A stretch of 56,992 bases of DNA, taken from IMG/VR virus record IMGVR_UViG_3300032238_000317, positions 1 through 56,992 of that record; one strand, written 5' to 3'. The translations under genes were made by a program, and so were the position numbers. Shown piece after piece: positions 9,525 through 19,900 of the stretch. The notes beneath the pieces were generated by a model. That model was not told the origin of the DNA. It did not search any database and saw only the letters and a list, made by a program, of their open reading frames with translations. This stretch comes from a virus (lineage: Duplodnaviria; Caudoviricetes). Each line of letters starts with the position of its first letter. Position 1 is the first letter of the stretch.

Positions 9525-10827
9525 CTCCCATAATTGATTCTAGTGTGCAGTCTGTGTTCGGTAGTGTACCATTGTTTTTACCGAAACACCAAATGTTTTC
9601 TATAAAATCTTTTGTCAAAAATTCATTTAATCCAGATTCCATTTTCTTTGGTCGTTGCTTGATACGCATACCCAGTTGACCAATGAAGGTTGCTTTTAAT
9701 TCATCACACATAAAGTCAACCAGTTCATCGCAAGTTCGATATCGTGTTCCCTTGATAACAGGATCCATAATATTAATAAACACAAATCCTTTATCTTTAA
9801 TCACAGGCCATACTTTGCGTAGCATGGGGAAGAAGAAACCTTCTCTCCACTTGTCGTATTCATTGTATCTTGACCACGATTGATCTTGTTCATTTTCTCC
9901 GCCTTTATTATAAAGTTCTGTGGAAAAATACGGAGGAGATGTAAACATACAATCAATACCATAGGGTGGGCAGATTGCAACCCAATCCACATCTTCTGCG
10001 GGTTTTCTGAAAAGAGTAACATGTTTCTTTCCACTACAATAGAAGTAATTATCCGCTTCATAAATGTATGGATTATCACAACCTAATTGCTTCTCATACC
10101 AAATGCATTGTTTCTTGTACATTTCAAATACATTTTCATTAGGATCGCATCCATAAAATTCTTCTGCATTTGAAGCATAGAATCCTGCAAGACGATCTCC
10201 CCACCCGCAACTCGTATCCATCACGACTTTTGCATTAGTCATCTGATAGATTGATTTTGCGACATGTGGTTTGAACTGAGTTGCGACATATGCACCAAGG
10301 CGGAACGAACCTCTCCAATTGTGTAGTCCGACTTGATTATTGCCCAATCTCCAAAAGGTATAGTTCATCTTCTGAAGAAGAGACTCATCTTTCCATATTT
10401 CAAGAGGAGCGGCAAATCCATAAGATCCACAGGATAGACGATTCTCTTGTTGAAAGAAATTACTTACATCATTGTAATAATGACCAAATTGAATCAGACC
10501 AAATCCATATTCCGTAAATGGATACTTATAGTCATCATACTTTTCCATGACATCGCGGGACTTCAACGCGGTTGAATTGAAGATAAACTTAGACATGTCA
10601 TCTTTGCAGAATTTGCTAAACTTATTTACAATTTCAGACTCTTCGATTTCCCGAAATGGAAACTTTGGTTTGTATGTAACAATGTACTTGGCAAGAGCAT
10701 CTTTGATATCTTGCTTTGTATAGTTTTCATTCATCTCTCTCCACTTATCGGGAGGAATGATTGGTAAACCATTTGCGTCTGCGTACACTTTTAATTCATC
10801 GACAAGATCAAGCAAACAGGGATTCAA
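9502..10827 (-). CDS. DNA amino-methyltransferase (N4-C/N6-A type), paralog 1
   Basis: SAM-binding [15 protein letters not shown], catalytic FTSPPYF; TTG start with AAGGA SD, overlapping the gp43 stop. Confidence 0.8.
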   Translation of the reverse strand: MNPCLLDLVDELKVYADANGLPIIPPDKWREMNENYTKQDIKDALAKYIVTYKPKFPFREIEESEIVNKFSKFCKDDMSKFIFNSTALKSRDVMEKYDDYKYPFTEYGFGLIQFGHYYNDVSNFFQQENRLSCGSYGFAAPLEIWKDESLLQKMNYTFWRLGNNQVGLHNWRGSFRLGAYVATQFKPHVAKSIYQMTNAKVVMDTSCGWGDRLAGFYASNAEEFYGCDPNENVFEMYKKQCIWYEKQLGCDNPYIYEADNYFYCSGKKHVTLFRKPAEDVDWVAICPPYGIDCMFTSPPYFSTELYNKGGENEQDQSWSRYNEYDKWREGFFFPMLRKVWPVIKDKGFVFINIMDPVIKGTRYRTCDELVDFMCDELKATFIGQLGMRIKQRPKKMESGLNEFLTKDFIENIWCFGKNNGTLPNTDCTLESIMGDDDELFK

Positions 10828-13342
10828 GGGTTTGTTCCTTCTTTATTTTCCATCCAATCGCGTCAAGGATGGTCTTTAGTGGTTCAACGAACGATACTTC
10901 AAACTGCTTGTTGAAGTCTATGAATCTATCTAGGTCAAACTCCTTTGGTAGTTTGCCTGGAAAAGATGCAACTCCCGCACCAAACGGATTGGGTTCCTTC
11001 AGATATACAAACTTAATTTTCTCACCGTCCTTGATAAGAGAATACTTCTTTTGAAGATTGTTCTTACGAATGAAGTGATTATACAGCAAAGATCCCTTTA
11101 CTGCAATAGGTGTTGACTTACGATAGATGTTTGTGGAATCGGAATACTTATCCATACCATTGCATCCACGGGGAAACGCGATATCTTCAACAGGACGAGA
11201 ATTAAATTCCTTTTGAAACTTCTCGGTATACTTTATCAACTGCTCTTCGTTTCCATTCAAAAGAATTTCGATGCAATCGGCAAGAGCATTACGAACAATT
11301 TCTGGCGTAGAAGATCTTGCGGTTTCGATACCCATGATCTTTTGTTCTGGTTTGGTAAGGACTACACCATCTTCACCTACAAGAACATTCAGCATGTATC
11401 TTTTCTTTGCAGTCCAAATACCCTTGTTTGAAATCGCTTCGCGCTTCATACGCATCTTTTGTTCATATGCGTTCATTTTACCGCAAAGTTCATCATATTT
11501 CTTATGAATGAATGGTTCTACTTGCTTGTCACAAACATCAAGAAGGAACTTGACGATCTTCTTGTCATCTGCACCCTTTGCACATTCATTTACCAATTTA
11601 TCAAAGCAAAGATAAATGCTATCCGTATCGCTTGCAATTACATAATCCTCATCGGTTGTCTTGAGCAATTTATTCATGTAAGCATTTAGATGCTTTTCAA
11701 TCCAACGAATAGACAACTGACCAGAAATGGTAATTGCTTCTGCCATATCAAGATTATAATATCGGAAGTATTGATTTCCGATTGCACCGAAAGCAGAATT
11801 CAACTGAATCTTACGAGCAAGTTGGAAGTTGTGATACTTTGCGATATCCTTCTTCAACTTACTCTTTTGTTCTTCGGATGCATCAGCAGGAAGAAGTTTA
11901 TATTGAGCCTTACATTCCAACATCTTCTTCTTGTATTGCTTTCGCTCTTCATACAAGGTTTCCATCAGACTGGGAAGAAATCCCTGCTTCTTTCTAGAAT
12001 ATGTTGTTCCGTTTGCTGCAATAGAAAGATCCTTTGCAGTATATTCCTGAAGATAAGTTGCGGTGACTACACCACCGTCCAATACTCCATCAGGACTTAC
12101 ATACCCCCGCTTACCGTCCTTTGTTAGAGTCTCAGGAGAGATGTTGTATTGCATAATCAAATGTGGATACAGACTATCCAAGTCAAAGGATACCACCCAA
12201 TTATACATTCCTGGCACTGGTTCTTTTACATATGCGCCAGCAAACTGATCGTCCTTGTCTCCCGATTTCTTCATGGGGATTACAATCTTCTGGGAATTCA
12301 AATGATGATAGATGATCTGATCCCATGTGCGAACCTGAGAGAAAATGTCATTATGATTTACCTTTGCGGAATATGCAATACGCAAGGCAAGTTCCATCAG
12401 ACGAAGTTTCTCTTCCAAGCGAACCACTAGATCGACATCCTTGACATTATACTCAATGAACTTTTGAAAGTTCTTGGTATAGAATTCGCTCAGACTATCA
12501 TACTCAGAGTAAGATGTCTTTCTTTCTCCCAGTTCCACATATGCAATATGATCCAACTTGTAAGATTCACGATTTACAAATGTGAGTTTACGATAAAGAT
12601 CAAAATAGTCTAGTGTAGAAATACCAACAAGATCATACACAGTATGATCCCTTTGCATCACGGTAACTATTCTTTCTTTAATTTGACGCCACGGAGAAAG
12701 ACGCTTTGATTCTCCCTCACCAAGAATTCTTTCAATTCGATTGATGAGATACGGAATGTCGAAGAAGTTTACATTCCAACCCGTGACAATATCAATGTCA
12801 AGACTTTCCCAATAACTCAGGAAATCTTGTAGGAGTCTGGACTCTGAAGAGTAGCAACGAGCGTCATGCTCATCATGAACAGGCTTAAAAGAATCCAATC
12901 CAAAGGTACAAACAGAAGTCCCAACGCGGATAGTGATAGCATTAATTTCTTCACTTGCTGTTGCGACATCTGGAAATCCTTCCTCACATTTGGTTTCTAT
13001 ATCTATGTATGCCACTCTGAGGTCTTCAGCATCATATTCAATTTCATTGGGAAACTCTTCGCCAATAAATTGATAAGTAAAGTCGGTGTTTCCATAAATA
13101 GAAAACCCCTTTACATCGGAATATTGCTGAATGAACTCACGACAATCGTTGATAGAACCAGGCTGAAAGGGTTCAACATACTCACCGAACAGAGTCTTGT
13201 ACTCTGTTTTCTTTTTGGCGGGTACATATAGAGTAGGACGGAAGGGAATCTTTTGATGGACTCTCCTTCCGTTCTCGTATCCACGAAAGAGGATATTATC
13301 TCCTCTTACAGAAATATTAGTGTAGATTTTTTGATTTGACAT
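10808..13342 (-). CDS. gp43: Family B DNA polymerase (T4 gp43)
   Basis: Exonuclease DIET, GWNVNFFDIPY, YNVKDV; polymerase SFDLDSLYP, KIQLNSAFG, SDTDS, KKRY; C-terminal clamp-binding LESLFA. Confidence 0.97.
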   Translation of the reverse strand: MSNQKIYTNISVRGDNILFRGYENGRRVHQKIPFRPTLYVPAKKKTEYKTLFGEYVEPFQPGSINDCREFIQQYSDVKGFSIYGNTDFTYQFIGEEFPNEIEYDAEDLRVAYIDIETKCEEGFPDVATASEEINAITIRVGTSVCTFGLDSFKPVHDEHDARCYSSESRLLQDFLSYWESLDIDIVTGWNVNFFDIPYLINRIERILGEGESKRLSPWRQIKERIVTVMQRDHTVYDLVGISTLDYFDLYRKLTFVNRESYKLDHIAYVELGERKTSYSEYDSLSEFYTKNFQKFIEYNVKDVDLVVRLEEKLRLMELALRIAYSAKVNHNDIFSQVRTWDQIIYHHLNSQKIVIPMKKSGDKDDQFAGAYVKEPVPGMYNWVVSFDLDSLYPHLIMQYNISPETLTKDGKRGYVSPDGVLDGGVVTATYLQEYTAKDLSIAANGTTYSRKKQGFLPSLMETLYEERKQYKKKMLECKAQYKLLPADASEEQKSKLKKDIAKYHNFQLARKIQLNSAFGAIGNQYFRYYNLDMAEAITISGQLSIRWIEKHLNAYMNKLLKTTDEDYVIASDTDSIYLCFDKLVNECAKGADDKKIVKFLLDVCDKQVEPFIHKKYDELCGKMNAYEQKMRMKREAISNKGIWTAKKRYMLNVLVGEDGVVLTKPEQKIMGIETARSSTPEIVRNALADCIEILLNGNEEQLIKYTEKFQKEFNSRPVEDIAFPRGCNGMDKYSDSTNIYRKSTPIAVKGSLLYNHFIRKNNLQKKYSLIKDGEKIKFVYLKEPNPFGAGVASFPGKLPKEFDLDRFIDFNKQFEVSFVEPLKTILDAIGWKIKKEQTLESLFA

Positions 13343-13637
13343 AAGCAGAGAATAGTACGCAGTAATTGATGATGTCTACGATTGCGTCATTGTAACCTTC
13401 GTTATCAACTTGTAGTCTACCAGCATCTGCAAAGGTAGACAAGCGTGATAACTTGTCGGTCATGCGTACTAGGAATCCTGCTTCGGTGGTGCAGATACCC
13501 ATTGCTTCACATCGTTCAAAGTTTGCAAAAGGTGTCTTTCCACTATTTCCAGCATAGTCATGGTTTTTCTTTTTCATGAGTTCTAGTGCTTGACGGCACA
13601 GATCCTCATGATGCATAATTAAATCTTCACGATTCAC
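13317..13637 (-). CDS. DUF1599 / nucleotide-modification-associated domain 1 (Nmad1)-like all-alpha NTP-pyrophosphatase-like protein
   Basis: KKNHDYAG, PFANF, VRMTDKLSRL, DAIVDIINY pattern; GTG start overlapping the dut stop (GTGA). Confidence 0.7.
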   Translation of the reverse strand: MNREDLIMHHEDLCRQALELMKKKNHDYAGNSGKTPFANFERCEAMGICTTEAGFLVRMTDKLSRLSTFADAGRLQVDNEGYNDAIVDIINYCVLFSAYVKSKNLH

Positions 13638-14152
13638 GATGATACTCCTGTTGATCCAAATCCACCCATACGGTCGGACTTCTGTGATGGTGGAGTATAG
13701 CACTGAACCAGTTGATAGTCAAGTGTTTTTATGAGTTCTGCTTGACAGATTCTATCACCGTGTTCGATAGTAAATGGTTCAGATCCTGTATTTACCAAAA
13801 TTACTTTTAGTTCATCTACATAATCAGAATCAATAATTCCTTCACAATTGGTCATTGTGATTCCATTCTTTAATGCCAATCCTGATCGCGGATGCAAACG
13901 AACCGAATAACCAACTGGAATATCTAAAATCAATCCTGTTGGTATTGCTACTCGTTGCATAGGATGCAAAGTAAATGATAGATCATTTGTTGGTTCTACT
14001 TCTTTCTTTGTAGAACCATATGCACCGTAAACTGCAATTTTTTCTTGTTTTATGCAGGCACAAATATCAAAACACGCAGACTGTTCGGTTGCGTGTTTCG
14101 GTAAAGTTGCATAAGGAGACTTACAATAAACATTCAAATATGTTGGTTTCAT
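13634..14152 (-). CDS. dut: Trimeric dUTPase
   Basis: SACFDI, IPTGL, PRSGLA, GIIDSDY, GDRICQ, RMGGFGSTG. Confidence 0.96.
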   Translation of the reverse strand: MKPTYLNVYCKSPYATLPKHATEQSACFDICACIKQEKIAVYGAYGSTKKEVEPTNDLSFTLHPMQRVAIPTGLILDIPVGYSVRLHPRSGLALKNGITMTNCEGIIDSDYVDELKVILVNTGSEPFTIEHGDRICQAELIKTLDYQLVQCYTPPSQKSDRMGGFGSTGVSS

Positions 14153-14176
14153 AATTTATAATTCACTTTCTGTGTA

Positions 14177-14581
14177 TCAGGACATTATCTCATCTCTTCG
14201 CTGCTGTGTCAAGATACCAACTGATACTAGATAGTCCATTCCCTGAATAGTAACAGGATCATTTGTTCGAATTTCTTGAGCAAATTCTGCAAACATTAAA
14301 AAGTCAGCAACACCAGCATCAGTCTCAGCAGCGGTTCTGACTGCTGCTCTTTCTGTAAAAGTAAGTCTCTTTAAAAATTCATATGCGGTATATGACTTTG
14401 GTTCTATTATAGTACCAGAGAATCTTGGCAAATCATTTTCAGTGTATAATTGTCCAATAATACAAGATTCATTTTCTTGTAAAGCAACACATTGATAATC
14501 AGAGAATAGATTACCAGATCCATCCCATACGACAATATTTTCTACAATACTAGTTTCGGTATTTACTAATGCCCATCTCAT
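14177..14581 (-). CDS. Putative fibre-tip partner / assembly protein
   Basis: MRWALV...IVENIVVWDG N-terminus and ILTQQRRDEI C-terminus, as in small genes following Gly-rich fibre proteins; synteny. Confidence 0.5.
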   Translation of the reverse strand: MRWALVNTETSIVENIVVWDGSGNLFSDYQCVALQENESCIIGQLYTENDLPRFSGTIIEPKSYTAYEFLKRLTFTERAAVRTAAETDAGVADFLMFAEFAQEIRTNDPVTIQGMDYLVSVGILTQQRRDEIMS

Positions 14582-14593
14582 GTTTATTTTCCT

Positions 14594-15565
14594 TTATGAT
14601 GTTAATGCAACGATATATACATATCCGTCGCCACCTTTACCACCAGCACCAGCGGTAACCGCGTTTGCTCCACCACCGCCGCCGCCACCTGATCCGCGAT
14701 ATCCTGCTCCGCCGTTTCCTGCCGCGGTAGCGGAAGCAGCACCTCCGCCTGCGCCAGGCAATCCAGGCGACAATTTACCCATTATTTGTGGATACGGAAG
14801 CATAGTTGCAGTTTTGCCATTTGTTTCTGCTGGCGCACCAGAAGGTGTGGGATAACCATATATATTGGTATTTCTGGTATAATAAGCATCAACTACACTA
14901 ACCGCAGTACCACCAGTTGCGGTCGGAGCTATCTGTCCTCCCGTTTGACCTACAGTTGCTGCGGTTGCTCCACCACCACCAGAACCACCAGAACTACCAA
15001 AAGATACTATTGTTATAGCACCACCAGCTGTAGCACTACCCCCAGCACCAGCAGCGGTCATTGTTAATGCGGATCCATACATCCAAGATACGCGAGAGGC
15101 ACCAGCAGTTCCGCCTGTTACTCCTGCTGCGGTAGCACCACCACCACCTACTCCGCCTGGTGCTATGATTAGGAAGCCTGGTTTACCAGATACGACAAGT
15201 GTTGTATTTCCTCCAGTACCACCAGCAGTACCAACCGAACCGTTTGTTGCACCACCTGCGCCTGAGGTTCCACCCGTTCCTATAGCAATTGTCAAAGTAG
15301 TTCCTGATCCACCAAGATCAGAGACTAAGAAATCTTGTATGACAAATCCACCGCCGCCTCCGCCCGCACCACCACCAGAAGCAGTAGTTGCGTTGGTGGT
15401 TCTTCCACCTCCACCTCCGCCTCCTCCACCACCAACAGCAAATATTAATAATCTTTTTGCATTTGGAGGAATCACATATGTACCAGAAGCATCAATTTCT
15501 TTGACACTTATTATACTTTGTTCTACTAATGTAGTGGTAGGAAAACCAAAAAATCCATTGTTCAT
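14594..15565 (-). CDS. Glycine-rich putative adhesin / receptor-binding protein, paralog A
   Basis: AVGGGGGGGGGG, GGAGGGGGG, C-terminal AGGKGGDGYVYI; colinear with 15582..16532. Confidence 0.7.
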   Translation of the reverse strand: MNNGFFGFPTTTLVEQSIISVKEIDASGTYVIPPNAKRLLIFAVGGGGGGGGGGRTTNATTASGGGAGGGGGGFVIQDFLVSDLGGSGTTLTIAIGTGGTSGAGGATNGSVGTAGGTGGNTTLVVSGKPGFLIIAPGGVGGGGATAAGVTGGTAGASRVSWMYGSALTMTAAGAGGSATAGGAITIVSFGSSGGSGGGGATAATVGQTGGQIAPTATGGTAVSVVDAYYTRNTNIYGYPTPSGAPAETNGKTATMLPYPQIMGKLSPGLPGAGGGAASATAAGNGGAGYRGSGGGGGGGANAVTAGAGGKGGDGYVYIVALTS

Positions 15566-15581
15566 ATATCAATTACTCCCA

Positions 15582-16532
15582 TTATTGTATTGCAAGTATT
15601 GCAACATAACCATTTCCGCCGTTTCCACCGTTTCCTGCGGTAGTCGCATTTGCTCCGCCTCCGCCTCCTCCACCAGATCCGCGATAACCTGTTCCGCCAT
15701 TTCCTGCGGTAGTAGCATTTCCACCACCGCCTCCTGCTGCACCAAACCACGGAGACATTCTTGATCCCATTATGGATACGCGAAGAGAATTTGCATTTGG
15801 ACCATTTGTCGCTTGTGGAATGTTTGGATATACTGAAGCATTTCTTGTATAATCTGAAGCAATTAAACTAGCAACAGTACTACCAGTTGCTGGTAATATA
15901 TTTCCACCAGTACCACCGACCTGTGTAGTAGAGGATCCACCTCCACCAATTCCACCATTATATGTAAAAGTTACTGGACTTGAACTACTTGCACTTGCGC
16001 CAGCAGCTGCACCAGTAGAACCAGCAGTCATTGCCAATGGATATCCAAATATCCAAGAAGTACGAGCGGCGCCGCCTGTGCCAGCAGTTGCTCCTGTACC
16101 ACCCTGAGCAGCAGCGTTTGTTCCGCCTGGTGCTATGATTAGAAAGCCTGGTTTACCAGAAATACCAATACTTGTGTTTCCGCCCGCAAGTCCTGCACCA
16201 CCACCAGTACCATTTGAAAGACCTCCCTGACCACCGCTACCACCCGAACCAATAGTAACTGTTAATGTAGTTCCAGATCCGCCGAGATCGGATACCAAAA
16301 AATCCTGTAGTACAAATCCACCACCACCTCCTCCACCTCCGCCAGCAGATGCAGTTGTAGTTGCAGCAGTTCTTCCACCACCACCCCCTCCGCCACCCGC
16401 ACCTATTGCGTAAATAAGCAAACGAGATGCACCTCTAGGTATTGTGTATGTACCAGAACCATCAAACTCTTTAAAGTTTGAAATGTCCGAAGATATGTCT
16501 ATTGCAGGAAACGCAAACAATCCTTGATTCAT
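15582..16532 (-). CDS. Glycine-rich putative adhesin / receptor-binding protein, paralog B
   Basis: Shares QDFLVSDLGGSGTTLT, SGKPGFLIIAPGG and GYRGSGGGGGGGANA with paralog A. Confidence 0.7.
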   Translation of the reverse strand: MNQGLFAFPAIDISSDISNFKEFDGSGTYTIPRGASRLLIYAIGAGGGGGGGGRTAATTTASAGGGGGGGGGFVLQDFLVSDLGGSGTTLTVTIGSGGSGGQGGLSNGTGGGAGLAGGNTSIGISGKPGFLIIAPGGTNAAAQGGTGATAGTGGAARTSWIFGYPLAMTAGSTGAAAGASASSSSPVTFTYNGGIGGGGSSTTQVGGTGGNILPATGSTVASLIASDYTRNASVYPNIPQATNGPNANSLRVSIMGSRMSPWFGAAGGGGGNATTAGNGGTGYRGSGGGGGGGANATTAGNGGNGGNGYVAILAIQ

Positions 16533-16954
16533 AATGTGCCAGATTCAACGATGATATTGGTTGTTGCTGTGACTGAAGTGGATGCATAAATGGAAACGGT
16601 GCTTGCACCTGTTCCGCCTGGAAGTACAAGACCAACCAACTCTGGGACTTCTTGACGAGGAACTGGAGTAGTACCAGCAGTTACTGTTACCGCAGGAACG
16701 ATCTTTTCAACCAGTAGACGCTTGGTTGTTCCGTTGTCCAGACTAATAAAGAAACGAATGGTCGTAGCAGTTGTTGTTGCGGTTGGTACTATTGATACAC
16801 GAATAATTCTTTTACCAACACCGTTTGCTGCCGATACTGCTGGTCCGCTGCAAACTAAAGAACTGTTTGTTGGTGCAGTAAGCGAAGTATCGGAAGTCGT
16901 GACTTGTGCATATTCGATGATTGGTTGTGCGGTGTATTGTGCGGTTGTTGCCAT
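16529..16954 (-). CDS. Hypothetical Thr-rich beta-strand virion protein (fibre-tip connector candidate)
   Basis: 141 aa, SD AGGAG, late-type GATAAATA at 16974-16981; lies between the fibre and the Gly-rich genes. Confidence 0.55.
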   Translation of the reverse strand: MATTAQYTAQPIIEYAQVTTSDTSLTAPTNSSLVCSGPAVSAANGVGKRIIRVSIVPTATTTATTIRFFISLDNGTTKRLLVEKIVPAVTVTAGTTPVPRQEVPELVGLVLPGGTGASTVSIYASTSVTATTNIIVESGTL

Positions 16955-16979
16955 AATAAATCTCCTGTGCTATTATTTA

Positions 16980-19900
16980 TCAGATTATACCTTGAGAGAA
17001 CAAGAACAACTCTACTGCTGGTACTGATGCAAATGATAATGTACCAGAACCATCGGTTGTTAGATATGTTCCTGCTGATCCATCCGTACTTGGTAGAGTC
17101 CATGTGACATTTGAAGAAACTGTTGCTGCTGATCTGAAAGAAACATAATTTGAAGAGTCGGCATCGTTAAAGCGAACTTCTCCTTGTCCTTTTACATTCA
17201 ATATACCAGCAGCAGAAGTAAGACCCACGGATAGTGTATCGGTTGTTTTGTTATAAGTCAAGCCCGAATCACCACCGAACGCAGTTCCACCATCGTTGAA
17301 TTGTACTTGAGTATCGGATCCAGCGGCACTTGTACTACCAGATGCGGTGACCCAACTTAATGTACCAGAGCCATTTGTACTGAGTACTTGTCCTGTTGTA
17401 CCGTCAGCAGAAGGAAGCGTCCACATCTTGTCTGCGGAAACCGTGGCGGGTGCTTTAAATCCAACATAATTTGAATTGTCGGTATCATAGAATCGTAATT
17501 CTGTTCGTGTTTTTAATTGAAAACCATTAAGATCTGCAAATGCGGTGATTTTTCTACCACTATCATCTACAGTCAACATAGTGTTACTTCCTGCACCACC
17601 ATAATCTCCAATAGAAATTGCAACGCCAGAATCTAAATTAACACCACCACTACCACCAGATATTAATATTGGTGTAAGATCGCTATAAGGAGAAATAGTA
17701 TCAACATAAAGAGTGCCTGGAGAAGAAAGAGTACTATCACCAATATAAACACCAGCACCATTCAAATAAATGCCACCAGAACCACCATTACCCATATTAA
17801 TATTAGTAGTTCGTGCCGCAGAAGCACCAGTACCAATATTGATGGTTTTAGTTTGAGCAGAACTTAGAGTACCAGTTGCAATATTTGTTGTAGACGATGA
17901 TGTACCAGAATAACCGAATGTTAACGCGGTACTTGAACCAAACGCAGCAAAGGTAGCACCACTATCAATTGATGTTGTAAATGTAGGTGATGTTGCACGA
18001 ACAACATTTCCTGTACCTGTGTTTGCAGTCCATTGTGGAGCAGTTCCAGATGAAGTCAGAACATAATTGCTAGTACCAATCGCAAGTGCGCTCAGTGTAT
18101 TTGTTGCGGATGAATATAGCATATCACCCGCAGTATAAGCACTAAGACCTGTTCCGCCCTTAGTTGCACCTATTGCAGTTGCACTCCATGTACCTGTAGC
18201 AACAGTACCAAGAGTCGTGATGCTTGTTTGACCAACATATGTACTCTTTATGCTAAATTGACTACCTGACTTGGTAAGGGTAACTTCATCTGCCGTATAT
18301 GTTCCAGCACCAGAGAACTGGTCAAACAAAATAGGATCGGTGTTTAGAGTCGTTATTTTTTCTGTTTGAACCCATCCAGTATTGTTGTACAGAGTTCCTT
18401 CTAGAACGAAGCAGAAATCTCCTCCTGCACAATCTGCTGCAATATTGCCATCTGCTGCTCTTCTGAGTTCTCTTGCACCGTAGCAGTAGTAAATACCATT
18501 ATATGCAGAACCCAACCCACCAACATCTCCTTCATTCTTTACCAAAATGCGATCAGCAGATGCTTCGGTTGTACTGGTGGTGAATGAGATACCATCAGTA
18601 AATGTACTTGTAAGAGCAGTACCACCTGTCCATGTGATTGCTTGTGTTCCTGCGTTATAAGATACAGTAGCACCAGTTAGAGTAGCAAGTTTTGCAGTTG
18701 TTGCTGCTTTGGTACTGGAGTGAATGTGCAGTCCTTGTGCCACATCATCAACATATTTCTTTGTTGCTGCATCTTGATCATTTGTTGGATCTTTGAGATT
18801 TATTATAGATTTGGTGGATGCATCAATACTACCAGTTCCATTTGGAACAAGAGTAATATTGGTATTTGTTCCACCCGCAGTAAATGTCAATGCACCAGAT
18901 CCAGTAATACTGCCCGTAGTTGTTCCAGTACCACCAGAACTAATTGGAAGAGTACCAGTAGTCAATGCGGATGTACTTGTTGCATATACCGCACCACCAG
19001 AAGTAAACGAAGTGAGTCCAGTACCACCATAACCTGTACCAATGGTTCCACCATTCCATGTACCAGAAGCAATTGTTCCCGTACTTGTAATGTCTGTAAG
19101 ATTACCTGAAGTAATTACAGTTCCTGTTACATTTGGAAGTGTTATTGTTCTGTTTGCTGTTGGATCAGTAACGGTTAGAGTTGTCTTGAAACTATTTGAA
19201 GTTGTACCTTCAAATATAATATTTACTGGAGTAGTAACTAAACTATCATCTGTTTTTACGCCAAGATATACATCTCCACCTTCATGTTTGATCAATCCTG
19301 CTGCTTGATCAGTATTTTGTATAGTCATACTGGGATATGTACCACCAACTATTGCACTTCCAGTTGGTGATAAAATCAATGAACCATACGGAGATATTGT
19401 TAGATTATTACTAAGACCACTATTGGTATTTAATGTAACTGCATTTCTGCCCAGTGTAACCGTACTGTTACGAATACTTGCAGTACCAGAACCATTTGCA
19501 CCTAATGTAAAGGTGGTTGCAGAAGTTCCCAACGAAAGAGTGGTAGCAGCATTAAATGCATTGACTGTTGTTGCGGTGGTATTAAAGATATCCATTGATG
19601 CACTTCCCGCAATTACTGAAGTAGTAAAGGTGGGAGATGTACCAAATACCAACGAACCAGAACCAGTTTCGTTTGAAATTACAGAAGCAAGTTCAGCAGA
19701 AGTAGTAGATGCAAATGCACTAAGTTTATTTGCAGTAAGAGCAACTGTACCCGTTGCATCTGGGAATGTGATTGTTCTATCTGCACTTAATGTACCAACA
19801 ACAAGAGACATCTCATTGTTATCATTTGTAGTACCTTCAACAAGAATCAATCCATCGGAAAGATAAAGATTACTTACTGTTGGAGAAATAATTGTTGGTG

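Noticed and set aside
1441-13342. Inteins, introns or homing endonucleases in nrdJ, gp41, uvsX or gp43 (also gp17)
   Set aside because: All are uninterrupted and of ordinary length; no intein termini or LAGLIDADG/HNH/GIY-YIG ORFs recognised.
4616-14152. Wholesale thymine replacement (dU or hmdU DNA)
   Set aside because: Intact dUTPase plus ThyX indicates ordinary dTMP synthesis; no dUMP/dCMP hydroxymethylase recognised in this window.
14594-16532. Possible diversity-generating retroelement TR/VR pair
   Set aside because: No reverse transcriptase in the window, both copies are full genes, and I saw no adenine-specific mismatch pattern.
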